Of a stretch of 64,000 bases of DNA, positions 39,553 through 49,547 are shown piece by piece. The stretch is taken from the NCBI GenBank assembly GCA_963703225.1, contig OY969801.1, forward strand, positions 2,080,001 through 2,144,000, in the 5' to 3' direction. This DNA is from Candidatus Eiseniibacteriota bacterium. Lineage in GTDB: Bacteria; Eisenbacteria; RBG-16-71-46; SZUA-252. Numbering within the stretch: the stretch's first letter is position 1; the number at the start of each line of letters is the position of its first letter. The translations under genes and the position numbers were made by a program. The notes under the pieces were generated by a model. That model was not told the DNA's origin, did no database searches, and saw only the letters and a program-made list of their open reading frames with translations.

Positions 39553-39996
39553 TCAACCTCCCGATCGCGGCTTGACGATGACCACCGTCGCGCCTGAAGA
39601 GGAGCTGGAGAGAGGCCAGCCGGCGGTCAGCGTCACCCTCTTGCACTCCGCCACCGGTTGGTCGTCCTGCACCACCCAGCGGACGTAGTACTTCCCGTCG
39701 TACGGATTGGCCGGGTCCGAATGCGCCCCGGCGGTGAGCGTGCTGTCGGTATAGCTCGCGCTGAGCAGGTTCTCCGCGGTGGCGGACATCAGCTCCGAGC
39801 CGCGGGTCTGGTCGGCCGACCGGTTCACGCTTCTCGCGCCGGCGGGCATCAAGGTCGCCATGCTCAAGACGCCGACCGCGAAGACGATCATCGCGACCAT
39901 CACCTCGACGAGCGTGAAGCCGGGGGCGCCGGCGATATGGGCCGGCTGCGCCGCCCGCTTGGAGCGGCGCGTCGAATGACTCAGGTTGTGTGTCAT
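39553..39996 (-). CDS. PilV-like minor pilin
   Basis: PG|FTLVEVMVAMIVFAVGVL. Confidence 0.8.
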   Translation of the reverse strand: MTHNLSHSTRRSKRAAQPAHIAGAPGFTLVEVMVAMIVFAVGVLSMATLMPAGARSVNRSADQTRGSELMSATAENLLSASYTDSTLTAGAHSDPANPYDGKYYVRWVVQDDQPVAECKRVTLTAGWPLSSSSSGATVVIVKPRSGG

Positions 39997-40478
39997 GGGC
40001 GATATACCAGTCCTGTGGCCGAGACGAAGAGTGTGTCGCGCTTGCTGTTTCCGTAGACGATCATGTTCCCTCCGGTGACGCTCGGAGCGAGGGAGCCGCT
40101 GCTATCGAAAATGAGCGAGTCGGTCGGCTGAAGGGAGACGTTCTCGAGCTTGGTCCCGTTCGGGAGCGTGAAGGAGGCCCATGGCTCGCCCGATTGCTTG
40201 ATCCGGTCGTTGTTCGTGTCCGTATGGACGCTGTACGTCGTCACATTGGTCGTCGTGGCTCCATCCCCAAACGCCACGATGATCGGCGAGTGGGTGGTCA
40301 CGGCCTTCTGCCGCGCCATCCGGAGCGTTTCCATGACGGCGTCGCGCGCCTGCTTTTCGGTCATGGAGCGGGAGAGGCTCAAGAAGGCCGGGACCCCCGT
40401 CGCCAGGATGATTCCGGCGATGACGATCACGACCGCGATCTCCACCAATGTGAAGCCGCTGCGAGAGAAGGTTTTCAC
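39993..40478 (-). CDS. FimT/GspH-like minor pilin
   Basis: SG|FTLVEIAVVIVI, LRMARQKAV, IFDSSG; GGAG before GTG 40478. Confidence 0.82.
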   Translation of the reverse strand: MKTFSRSGFTLVEIAVVIVIAGIILATGVPAFLSLSRSMTEKQARDAVMETLRMARQKAVTTHSPIIVAFGDGATTTNVTTYSVHTDTNNDRIKQSGEPWASFTLPNGTKLENVSLQPTDSLIFDSSGSLAPSVTGGNMIVYGNSKRDTLFVSATGLVYRP

Positions 40479-40534
40479 GTCTCCATTGCCTCCAGCCCCC
40501 CTGCGGCACACCCCTGCCGCGAACAATAGTTGTA

Positions 40535-40550
40535 CGCAACGGGTGTGCCA
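40535..40550 (-). promoter_or_regulatory. Sigma54 -24/-12 promoter for the pilin operon
   Basis: TGGCAC-ACCCG-TTGCG. Confidence 0.78.
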
Positions 40551-40720
40551 GGGCACAGTTGGCCGCCCGGATGTGACGAAACGCCAATCGAGTAGAGACT
40601 CCGGTGGCTACACGCCCGGCGCGGCGCGAATCCCCTGGCCCGTGCAGGTCGCCCCGGCCGGGCGGCGCAAAGCGCATCGCGCAAATGCCCCCCGCGAGGG
40701 CAAGACACGGGCATTCAGAG

Positions 40721-40747
40721 CTATCGGCGTTCCGTGTGCGATCTTGA
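40721..40747 (-). promoter_or_regulatory. Sigma28-like promoter upstream of the pilin operon
   Basis: TCAA-N15-GCCGATAG. Confidence 0.62.
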
Positions 40748-40809
40748 TCTCATTGTGGCGGGGCCGCGAATCGGTTAGACTCGGCGGCTCATTGTCCTAG
40801 GAGGATTTG

Positions 40810-41034
40810 ATGGCAAGGGTTTGCGATGTTTGCGGCAAGGGCGTCCAGTTTGGGCAGAACGTGAGCCACGCCCACAACGTGACCAAGCGGCGCTGGGAGG
40901 TCAACCTCCAGACGGTCCGCGCGGTTGTCGAGGGGCGCCCCAAGCGGATCCGCGTCTGCACGCGGTGCCTTCGGCGTGGATCGGTCCAGAAGGGCATGGG
41001 CTCCAAAGACACGCAGCGCGCCCGGGCGATCTAG
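40810..41034 (+). CDS. rpmB: 50S ribosomal protein L28 (Zn form)
   Basis: [10 protein letters not shown]...NVSHAHN-x-TKRRW-x-VNLQ...VCTRC; AGGAGG RBS. Confidence 0.96.
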   Translation: MARVCDVCGKGVQFGQNVSHAHNVTKRRWEVNLQTVRAVVEGRPKRIRVCTRCLRRGSVQKGMGSKDTQRARAI

Positions 41035-41071
41035 ACCCGGACGCGCTGCTCCACCCCACCCCACCCCTCGT

Positions 41072-41113
41072 CCCCGCCCCCTGGCGGGGGTTCCCCTTCC
41101 AGCGGGGAATTTT
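41072..41113. terminator. Two hairpins between convergent rpmB and ftsZ
   Basis: CCCCGCC-N4-GGCGGGG and TTCCCC-N7-GGGGAA-TTTT. Confidence 0.5.
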
Positions 41114-41137
41114 CTCGGATCGGCCCGCCGACCCTCT

Positions 41138-42376
41138 CTAGTCCATCTGCTTTCTCATGAACGCGGGCACGTCCATGTTCTCCTTCGTGATGCCGCGCCC
41201 GCCGAAGGGCCGGCGCGCCGTGCCCGGCGTCATCCGAAACGCGGGCTTGGTCGCGGGCACCGGTCCCGGCGCCTCCTCCATATCGTTCTCCTCGGCGAGC
41301 GCCGGCCGCACCATGATCGGGGGACGGACCACGCGCTCCCTCGGCTCGATCTCGTAGATTCTCGGCGCCTGGATGGCCGTCCGGGCCGCGTCGGTCGTCT
41401 TGGCGCGGGCGTCGCCCTTCCCGAATCCGGTCGCGATGACCGTGATCGAGAGTGCATCGCCCATCGCTTCGTCGATCACGGCGCCGAAGATGACGTTCGC
41501 GTCGTGCCCCGCGGCGTCCACCACGACCGTCACCGCTTCGTTGATCTCGTGGAGCGTCATCGATTCCCCACCCGTGACGTTGACCAGGAGCGCCTCGGCC
41601 CCCGAGATCGAGACGTCGTCCAGGAGCGGGCTCGAGACCGCCGACTGGGCCGCTTCGTAGGCTCGGTTGGGACCGGTCGCGTGGCCGGCTCCCATCAGGG
41701 CGTTCCCGCGCTCGGCCATCACCGTCTTCACGTCCGCGAAGTCCAGGTTCACCAGGCCGGGCACCGTGATCAGATCCGAGATTCCCTTCGTCGCGTGGTG
41801 GAGCACCTGGTCGGCCACCCGGAAGGCCTCGCGGAGCGGCGTGTGCTTCTCCACGATCGCCAAGAGCCGCTGGTTCGGAATGCCGATGAGCGTGTCGACC
41901 TTCTCACGAAGCTCGCGGAGCCCCTCCTCGGCGATCTGCATCCTCCTTCGCCCCTCGAACTCGAAGGGACGGGTGACCACCGCCACCGTCAACGCGCCGA
42001 TCGACCGCGCGATGCGCGCGACGACCGGGGCCGCCCCGGTCCCCGTGCCGCCGCCCATTCCGGCCGTCACGAAGACCATGTCGGCGCCCTCGAGCATCTC
42101 CGCGATGAGGGCCTCGTCCTCCTCCGCCGCCTCGCGTCCCACCCCCGGATTGGCGCCCGATCCCAGCCCCTTGGTGATCCCGGAGCCGAGCTGCAGCTTC
42201 TTGGGGCAGAGCGACTGGTCCAGCACCTGGGAGTCCGTGTTCGCAGCGATGAACTCGACGCCTCTGAGTCCGGCCTCGATCATCCGGTTGACCGCGTTTC
42301 CTCCCGCTCCTCCGACGCCGATCACCTTGATCGATGCCGACGTCACTTCCTGTCCGTCGTCCACCAGCTCGAACAT
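41138..42376 (-). CDS. ftsZ: Cell division protein FtsZ
   Basis: [24 protein letters not shown]-terminal DVPAFMRK. Confidence 0.98.
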   Translation of the reverse strand: MFELVDDGQEVTSASIKVIGVGGAGGNAVNRMIEAGLRGVEFIAANTDSQVLDQSLCPKKLQLGSGITKGLGSGANPGVGREAAEEDEALIAEMLEGADMVFVTAGMGGGTGTGAAPVVARIARSIGALTVAVVTRPFEFEGRRRMQIAEEGLRELREKVDTLIGIPNQRLLAIVEKHTPLREAFRVADQVLHHATKGISDLITVPGLVNLDFADVKTVMAERGNALMGAGHATGPNRAYEAAQSAVSSPLLDDVSISGAEALLVNVTGGESMTLHEINEAVTVVVDAAGHDANVIFGAVIDEAMGDALSITVIATGFGKGDARAKTTDAARTAIQAPRIYEIEPRERVVRPPIMVRPALAEENDMEEAPGPVPATKPAFRMTPGTARRPFGGRGITKENMDVPAFMRKQMD

Positions 42377-42408
42377 GCGACTCTAGCCTCCCTGGTTTTG
42401 CGCCGGTT

Positions 42409-43638
42409 CTAGACCAGCTCCTCAATCCAACGCCTCAGACCCACCGAGATCCGACCGATCATGCCCCCATCCCTCTCCCGCGGCCTGGCGTCGTGCTGAT
42501 GCGCGTGCATCGCCAGGCCGACTCCGGTCGCGAACCGGGGGTTGGAAACCGCCTCCGTCAATCCGCTGAATCCCATCGGCACGCCGCGCCGCACCGGCAG
42601 ATCGAAGATCTGCTCCGCCAGCTCGGGCATCCCCTGCAAGGAGGACGCGCCCCCCGTCAAGACCACGCCGGCGCCGAGCAGATCCGCCACGTGGTTCTTT
42701 CGCACTTCCTTGTTCGCGTGGGCGAAGATCTCCTCCACGCGAGGCTCGATCATCATGGCCAGCATGTGCCGCGAGATGTCGCGGTCGGCCCTTCCACCGA
42801 CGCTCGGCACCCGAATGGTCTCCTCCGGGCGCACCATCGACGTCAGCGCGCACCCGTAGGAGAGCTTGAGCGCCTCCGCCCGCTCGACCGGCGTGCGAAG
42901 CCCGATGGCCAGGTCGTTGGTCACGTTCGAGCCTCCGAGCCCGATGACGGCCGTGTGCCTCACCGCCCCCTCGAAGAAGACCGCGACGTCGGTCGTCCCG
43001 CCCCCGATGTCGAGGAGCGCCACGCCCAGATCGCGCTCGTCCTGAGTGAGCACGGCGTTCGCCGAGGCCAGCGGCTCGAGGACCAATTCCTCGACCTCCA
43101 ACCCGGCCCGCTCGGCGGCGCGAATCAGGTTCCGGCAGGCGGCCGCGGCTCCCGTGATGATGTGGACCTCGGCCTCGAGGCGGACGCCCGACATGCCCAC
43201 CGGATCGCGGATCCCGTCCTGGTCGTCCACGATGTACTCTTGGGGCAGGACATGGAGGATTTCCCGATCGGTGGGGATGGCCACGGCCTTGGCCGCCTCG
43301 ATGACCCGGGCCACGTCGCCCGCGCGTATCTCCGCGTCCTTCCGCGCCACCGCGATGACCCCGCGGCTGTTGATGCCGCGAATGTGGTCCCCCGCGATCC
43401 CCGCGTAGACGCCCCGGATCGAGCGGCCCGACATCCGCTCCGCCTCCTCGACGGCGTGCTGGATCGACCGGACCGTCCGCTCCAGATTGACCACGACGCC
43501 GCGCTTCAGCCCGTCCGAGGGCGCGGTCCCGATACCCAGAATCTGGATCCCGTCGTCCGTCTCGGACGGCTCCGCGATGACCGCGGTGATCTTGGTGGTG
43601 CCGATGTCGAGACCCGCGTAGATCCTCCCTTCCGCCAT
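42409..43638 (-). CDS. ftsA: Cell division protein FtsA
   Basis: GLDIGTTKI, GMSGVRLE, DIGGGTTD, VLTGG. Confidence 0.97.
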   Translation of the reverse strand: MAEGRIYAGLDIGTTKITAVIAEPSETDDGIQILGIGTAPSDGLKRGVVVNLERTVRSIQHAVEEAERMSGRSIRGVYAGIAGDHIRGINSRGVIAVARKDAEIRAGDVARVIEAAKAVAIPTDREILHVLPQEYIVDDQDGIRDPVGMSGVRLEAEVHIITGAAAACRNLIRAAERAGLEVEELVLEPLASANAVLTQDERDLGVALLDIGGGTTDVAVFFEGAVRHTAVIGLGGSNVTNDLAIGLRTPVERAEALKLSYGCALTSMVRPEETIRVPSVGGRADRDISRHMLAMMIEPRVEEIFAHANKEVRKNHVADLLGAGVVLTGGASSLQGMPELAEQIFDLPVRRGVPMGFSGLTEAVSNPRFATGVGLAMHAHQHDARPRERDGGMIGRISVGLRRWIEELV

Positions 43639-43650
43639 TCCGGCCCTCCC

Positions 43651-44485
43651 CTAAGCCCGTTCGCGCGGTGTCGCCGACGCCGACGCTGTCGCCGGGCGCG
43701 CACCGGACCACGACTTGACCGCGATACCGTGTATCCATCGACAGGACGCGACGCTCCCGCTCCCGCACGTCGCGGAGCGTCGCGCTCAAGGCTCGCATGG
43801 CCGCCAGCGTGACCCGCTCGGGGTCGACGTAGATCGGAATCTGCTCGCGCGATGTGCGCAGCACGGCTCGATTCGAATCCTCCGAGACGATCTCGGAGAT
43901 GTCCGCGATGAGCCCAACCTCGGGTGATTCCAGATACGAGACAAGGCGGAGCACGTCGCCGAGCCGCGCGCCCGTCACCCGCGCGCCGGGCTTGACCGTC
44001 GGGAAGGAAATACCGGAGAGCACCGGCCGGTCGGCCACGAGGCCCCGCTGGAGCGGCGAGAGAATGGTTCCGCCCTCGTCCACTTCCAGAAGTGTTCCCG
44101 CGTTCACGAGGAGGAAGGTCCTCCGCTCGCGGATCTCCACGTGGAGGCGCCCCATCGTCCGGGATACGCGCGCTCCCTCGATGCGGGGATGGCGGCGGAG
44201 CTCCGACTCAATCTCCCGGGGATGGAGCGCGAGCAGGTTCTCGCCCTCCCGAACCGGGATGAGCGCGCGGACCTCCTCGGGGGAGAGATAGAGGAATCCC
44301 GTGACTTCGATTCCACCCACTTGAAAGGGCGGAAACGCTCCGAGGACCCGCGTCACCGGGCGCGCGAGGACCGGGATCGAGAGCGCGACCAGGGTCACCA
44401 TCAGCGCGGCGGCCGCGATCCGCCGGTTCCGACGGCGGAGCGCGGGGCGCTTCCAGGTGGGGAGACCTCGATAGCCCGCTCTCAT
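43651..44485 (-). CDS. ftsQ: Cell division protein FtsQ; stop displaced by one extra base
   Basis: TM, POTRA-like domain, C-terminal DTRY. Removing one T at 43653-43654 gives GGC TAG just before the ftsA RBS. Confidence 0.82.
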
Positions 44486-45849
44486 CGGTCCCCCCTTCGC
44501 GCCAGCTCGCCGACGCGGTAGACGTCGCCCGCCCCGATCGTCACGAGGAGATCGGACTTCTTCAAGATCTTGCCCACCAGGCAGGCGGCCTCGTCGAACG
44601 TCGCCGCGAGGTGGACCCGGGGCCCGCCCGCTGTCTCGATGGCCGCGGCCAAGGACGCCGAGGTCACGCCCTCGATCGGCCGCTCCCCGGCCGGGTAGAT
44701 GGGAAGCAGGATGACTTCATCGGCGCCTTGGAAGCAGGTCGCGAACCGACCCAAGAGCGCGCGCGTTCTCGTGTATCGATGGGGCTGAAAGACGGCGACG
44801 ATGCGCCGCGCGTGAGATGCCCGGAGCGCGGAAAGCGCGGCCTCGATCTCCGTCGGGTGATGCCCGTAGTCGTCGATCCAGGGCGCCCCCGCGACCTCGC
44901 CGCGGAGCTCGAGTCGGCGTCCGACACCCGCGAAATCGGCGAGCCCCGCGCGGATGGTCGCGAACGGGATGCCCAGCTCCCACGACGCGGCGGCCGCGGC
45001 GAGCGCGTTTCTGGCGTTGTGGGCGCCGGCGACTTTGAGCTCGATGAGCCCTTCGTCCTTGCCGTGGGCGACCAGGCCGAACCGGACGCCGGTCTCGTCG
45101 ACGCGGAGGTCCGTTCCCACGAAGTCGGCCGCGCCGGAGAATCCATACGTGAGCACGCGGCGCTTCACGTCGTTGCGGATGGCGGCGGCATTCGGGTCGT
45201 CGGCGGGAAGCACGACGGTCCCGTAGAACGGGACCCGGTTGGCGAAACGGAGGAATGCCGCCCGGATCTCCGCGAGGCTCGCGTAGTAGTCGAGGTGCTC
45301 TTCGTCGATGTTCGTGATGACCGCGATGGTCGGCGAGAGGAGCAGAAACGAGCCGTCGCTCTCGTCGGCCTCGGCCACCAGGAAGGGCCCACGGCCCAGG
45401 CGCGCGTGGGCGCCGACCGCTTTGAGGCGCCCCCCGACGATGACGGTCGGATCCAGGTCGCCCCGCGCGAGGATCTCCCCCACCATCGATGTCGTCGTGG
45501 TCTTTCCATGCGCCCCGGCGACCGCGACCGAGTACTTGATCCGCATCAACTCGGCGAGCATCTCCGCGCGGGGAATCACGGGAATCCCCAGCGCGTGCGC
45601 CCGCACGAGCTCCGGGTTCGACTCCACGATGGCGGAGGAGGCAACGACCACATCCACCCCCTCGACGTGGCCGGGATCGTGGGTGTCGGCGACCCGGGCG
45701 CCGAGGTCCCGAAGCCGTGTCACCACGTCGGAACCCTTGATGTCGGAGCCGGAAACTTCATACCCGAGATTCAGGAGCACCTCCGCAATTCCGCTCATTC
45801 CGCTGCCGCCGATTCCCACCAGATGGATCTTCCGGATTCGTCCGTACAT
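44482..45849 (-). CDS. murC: UDP-N-acetylmuramate--L-alanine ligase
   Basis: GIGGSGMSG, GAHGKTTT, EADESD, DDYGHHPTE, FQPHRYTR. Confidence 0.97.
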   Translation of the reverse strand: MYGRIRKIHLVGIGGSGMSGIAEVLLNLGYEVSGSDIKGSDVVTRLRDLGARVADTHDPGHVEGVDVVVASSAIVESNPELVRAHALGIPVIPRAEMLAELMRIKYSVAVAGAHGKTTTTSMVGEILARGDLDPTVIVGGRLKAVGAHARLGRGPFLVAEADESDGSFLLLSPTIAVITNIDEEHLDYYASLAEIRAAFLRFANRVPFYGTVVLPADDPNAAAIRNDVKRRVLTYGFSGAADFVGTDLRVDETGVRFGLVAHGKDEGLIELKVAGAHNARNALAAAAASWELGIPFATIRAGLADFAGVGRRLELRGEVAGAPWIDDYGHHPTEIEAALSALRASHARRIVAVFQPHRYTRTRALLGRFATCFQGADEVILLPIYPAGERPIEGVTSASLAAAIETAGGPRVHLAATFDEAACLVGKILKKSDLLVTIGAGDVYRVGELARRGDR

Positions 45850-45855
45850 TCCCGC

Positions 45856-46992
45856 TCAGGACTCGGTGTCACGGGCCGAGACCCCCACCAGCTCCTCGAT
45901 CGATCGGACGATCCGCTCCGCGGCGTTGGTGCGCGAAAACGCCCGCGCGTTTCGCCCCATCCGGCGAAGCCGCTGCTCGTCCCGGAACAGCGCCTCGATG
46001 TGCGCCGCCAATCCTTCGGGCTCGAGCTCCTTGTCGGCGATCATCTCGGCCGCGCCGCGATCGACGAGCCCCCGCGCGTTCAGCGTCTGGTGGTCCCGCG
46101 CGGCGTGCGGATACGGGATGAGGATCGCCGGCACCCCGCACGCCGTGAGCTCGGTGATGGTCATCGCCCCGGAGCGGCAGACCGCGAGGTCGGCGACGGC
46201 ATACGCCTTCTCCATCTGATCCAGGTAGGCGAAGACCCGAACGGGAATCGAGACTCCGCCGGCCGCGGCTTGGCTCGATTCGAAGTCCTCCGCGCCCGTC
46301 TGCCAGGCGATCTGAATGTTTGGAATCCGGGCCAGCCGCGGGAGCGCCGCTTGAATGGCGCGATTGATGCTTCCCGCGCCGCGGCTTCCGCCGAAAACCA
46401 GGAGCGTGCGCCGGCTGGAATCGAGGCCGAGCGTCTCGTAGGCGCTCAACCGATCCTGTCGCAGGAGCGAGCTTCGAATGGGATTTCCCGACACCTTCAA
46501 GTTGTTCCTTCGGCGAAAGTAGTTGCGCGACTCGACAAAACTGATGTGCACCTGGCTCGCGATCAGGCTGAGCCACCGGTTCACGGCGCCTGGCACCGAG
46601 TTCTGCTCCTGGAGCACCAGCGGGATGCTCAGGAGCCGGGCCCAGAGGCCCACGGGGCCGCTGACGAAGCCGCCCGTCGCGATCACCGCGTCGGGCTTCA
46701 CCTCCTTGATGATTCCCGCGACCTGGAAAAAGCTCTTCCCGAACGCCCAGAGCGCGCTCAGCTGTCCCACCCCCGGGCGCCGCGGAAACCCGCGGGCGTC
46801 GATCGCCCGAAAGGCGAATCCGGCCGCCGGAACCGCCTTGGCCTCCACCCCCCGCTCGGTCCCGACAAAGGTCACCGAGGAATCGGGGTGGAGCCGCATC
46901 CACTCCTCGGCGATCGCGATCCCCGGATAGACATGACCCCCGGTCCCGCCCGCGGCGATCAAGAGGCGAATCGGATAGGCCCTAGCGGCCAC
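45856..46992 (-). CDS. murG: MurG GlcNAc transferase
   Basis: GGTGGHVYP, EQN, GNPIR, GGSRGA, RSGAMT, HQTLNA. Confidence 0.96.
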   Translation of the reverse strand: MAARAYPIRLLIAAGGTGGHVYPGIAIAEEWMRLHPDSSVTFVGTERGVEAKAVPAAGFAFRAIDARGFPRRPGVGQLSALWAFGKSFFQVAGIIKEVKPDAVIATGGFVSGPVGLWARLLSIPLVLQEQNSVPGAVNRWLSLIASQVHISFVESRNYFRRRNNLKVSGNPIRSSLLRQDRLSAYETLGLDSSRRTLLVFGGSRGAGSINRAIQAALPRLARIPNIQIAWQTGAEDFESSQAAAGGVSIPVRVFAYLDQMEKAYAVADLAVCRSGAMTITELTACGVPAILIPYPHAARDHQTLNARGLVDRGAAEMIADKELEPEGLAAHIEALFRDEQRLRRMGRNARAFSRTNAAERIVRSIEELVGVSARDTES

Positions 46993-48157
46993 CCGCACGC
47001 CGGACCGCGGCCTTACCGACGACCGAGGTGGTTCGAATGCCGGTTTCCATCTGACTTGAGATGTTGAGGAGGACACCTGTCACCCCCAGGTTCACGACGA
47101 GGGCAGAGCCCCCGTAGCTCAAAAACGGAAGCGGTAGGCCCGTCGTGGGGATCACGCCGGTCACGACCGCGATGTTCATGGCGACGTAGACCGAGAGGTT
47201 GACCGTCAACCCCGCGGCGAGGAGATAGCCGAAACGGTCCGGTGCGGAGCCCGCGATCTTGAGCCCGCGCAGGAAGAGGACCAGGTAGGCGAGCAGGACC
47301 GCGCCCGTCCCGATCAAACCGAGCTCTTCCCCGATCACCGCGAAGATGAAGTCGGTGTGCGGGTCTGGCAGAAAGAAGACCTTCTGGAGGCCGTGTCCCG
47401 GCCCCGTGCCGAAGATGCCGCCCGAGCCGAGCGCGATGATCGACTGCGAGAGCTGCCAGTTCTTTCCGAGAACGTCGAAGGAACCGCTCCCCCAGAGGCT
47501 GAGCCAGGCGACCACGCGATCCATCATGTAGGGATGGCGCAGCACCTGGACCCAGGCCACGAGAATCCCGATCAGCGCGAGCAGTCCGAGGTGGCGGAAG
47601 CGTGCCCCCGACAGGTGGAGCATCACGAAGCCTGTGGCCAGGAGCGCGATCGTGCTCCCGAGGTTCGGTTGAAGCAGGATCAGGATCGAGAGGATCCCCA
47701 AGACCCCGCAGGCCGGGAGCACCCCGTCCCGGAAGGAAGCCATCCGCTCGCCCTTCCGGTCGAGGAGCCGCGCCAGGTACGCGACGCACGCGATCCGGGC
47801 GATCTCGGTCGGCTGGACGTTGATGGTCGCCAGGGAGAGCCACCGGTTCGCACCCCGGATCCCGACGCCGCCCACGGCCAGGAGGGTCACGAGGAGCAGC
47901 ATGCTGGCCCCGAGCGCCCACGGCGCGAGCCGCATATAGATGTGGTAGTCGATCCGAGCCGCGAGGAGCAGAACGATGACGCCGATGCCGAGGCGGAAGG
48001 CGTGGCGCTTGAGGAAGAAGTACTCCGACTGGAACCGCTCCGCGCCGAGGAAGGCGCTCGACGAGTAGACCATCACCACCCCCAGCGCCACCAGGGCGGC
48101 GACCGGCAAGAGGAGGCTCAGGTCGGGCCGCCGGGATCTCGCGATCGCGAAGCTCAT
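46982..48157 (-). CDS. ftsW: SEDS protein FtsW
   Basis: [41 protein letters not shown]. Confidence 0.95.
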   Translation of the reverse strand: MSFAIARSRRPDLSLLLPVAALVALGVVMVYSSSAFLGAERFQSEYFFLKRHAFRLGIGVIVLLLAARIDYHIYMRLAPWALGASMLLLVTLLAVGGVGIRGANRWLSLATINVQPTEIARIACVAYLARLLDRKGERMASFRDGVLPACGVLGILSILILLQPNLGSTIALLATGFVMLHLSGARFRHLGLLALIGILVAWVQVLRHPYMMDRVVAWLSLWGSGSFDVLGKNWQLSQSIIALGSGGIFGTGPGHGLQKVFFLPDPHTDFIFAVIGEELGLIGTGAVLLAYLVLFLRGLKIAGSAPDRFGYLLAAGLTVNLSVYVAMNIAVVTGVIPTTGLPLPFLSYGGSALVVNLGVTGVLLNISSQMETGIRTTSVVGKAAVRRAGGR

Positions 48158-49547
48158 CGCCTCACCTTGGCCAGCGACCGCTTGAGCTCGAGGACCGCGG
48201 CCTCGAATCTCGCGCCTCGCTCCTCGAAGTTTCGGAACATGTCGAAGCTCGCGCAGCCCGGGGAGAGAAGGACCACCCCGCCCGGCGACCGCCTGGGCCC
48301 GCGCCAAGAGGACGGCGTCCTCGAGCGTCTTGGCCCGCGACGACGGCACCTGCGGCCACGCCTGCTCGAGCTTGGACGTGGCCTCGCCGAGATAGACGGC
48401 GTGCCGAACCCGCTCGCGAACGAGGGGAGCGATCGAAGCAAAGTCGCCATCCTTGTCCCGCCCGCCCGCGATCAGAACGATCGGTCCTTCGAACGATTCG
48501 AGCGCGCGGCGAAGCGCGTCGACGTTGGTCGCCTTGGAATCGTTCACGTAGCGGACGCCGGCCAGCTCGGCGACCAGGGCCAGCCGGTGAGGGAGCCCCC
48601 GAAACTCGCGGAACGTCTTCGCGATCGCGCGCTCCGGCACGCCGGCGGCCAGCGCCGCGCCCGCCGCCGCGCACAAGTTCTCGGTATTGTGCGGCCCCTG
48701 GAGCAGCGCCTCGTCACGCCCGAGGATCGTCCCTTCCCGCGTGCCCAGCCGAAAGCGGAGGACGCCTTCCGATTCCCAAACCCCATCCCCGGTCGGATCG
48801 GCGAACCCAAACCAGAGCGGCCGCGAGCGCATCGGCTGAAGGAGGCGGGTGAGCCGGGGATCGCCCAGCGGCTGGACGCGAAAATCCTCCGCGGTCTGCG
48901 ATGCGAACATCCGCGCCTTGATTTCGGCGTAGCGCTCCAGGCTTCCGTGGCGGTCGAGGTGATCGGGGGTCACGTTGAGGATCACGCCGACGTGCGGCCG
49001 GAAGAGCGTGCAGGTCTCGAGCTGAAAGCTCGAAACCTCGACAATGAGCAGGCCGCCTTCCGGGACGGTGTCGGCACGCTCGGAGAGCGCGGTGCCAATA
49101 TTGCCCAGCACCTCCGTCTTTCGCCCCGCGTTCCGCCCGATCGCGCCGAGAAGCTCCACCGTCGTGCTCTTCCCGTTGGTGCCGGTCACGGCGATGATCG
49201 GCGCTCGAGCCACCGCGAACCCCAGCTCGATCTCCGGCGCGATCTGGATCCCGCGCCGCGTCGCTTCCTGGAAGAGCGGCAGGTCGGCCGGCACGCCGGG
49301 ACTCGCTGATCACCAGGTCGCACCCCTCGAGCGCGGCGGGGTCCATCGTTCCGTAGAGAATTTCGATCCCCTGCCGTTCCAGCTCCGCGGTGTCCCCCGC
49401 GATCTCCTCCCGCTTGCGGCGGTCGATCGCGCGAACCGACGCGCCATATCGGAGCAGAAGCCGCGCCGCCGCCGAGCCGCTCCGGGCCACCCCCACGACG
49501 AGCGCGTGACGGCCGGCGAACCAGGGAGGGCTCTTGGTCTTGGTCAT
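48154..49547 (-). CDS. murD: MurD ligase, split by two +1 frameshifts (about 49307 and 48290)
   Basis: GVARSG, SPGV after correction, [40 protein letters not shown] across three frames. Confidence 0.92.

Noticed and set aside
40560..40720. Possible c-di-GMP riboswitch upstream of the pilins
   Set aside because: The GEMM core (GG-x-AAAC...GAAA...CGCAAAG) is not found on the minus strand.
42422..44485. 687-aa FtsQ overlapping all of ftsA
   Set aside because: The extension is Arg/Gly-rich off-frame sequence; one extra base displaces the TAG at 43651.
44611..47067. Long antisense or alternate-frame ORFs (this one; also 31917..34241, 16419..18365, 34957..36648)
   Set aside because: Expected shadows of high-GC coding DNA; no motifs, and they overlap confident genes.
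46982..49294. Apparent MurD-FtsW fusion (770 aa)
   Set aside because: Caused by the indel near 48290; the real MurD C-terminus ([10 protein letters not shown]) is in another frame and stops at 48154.
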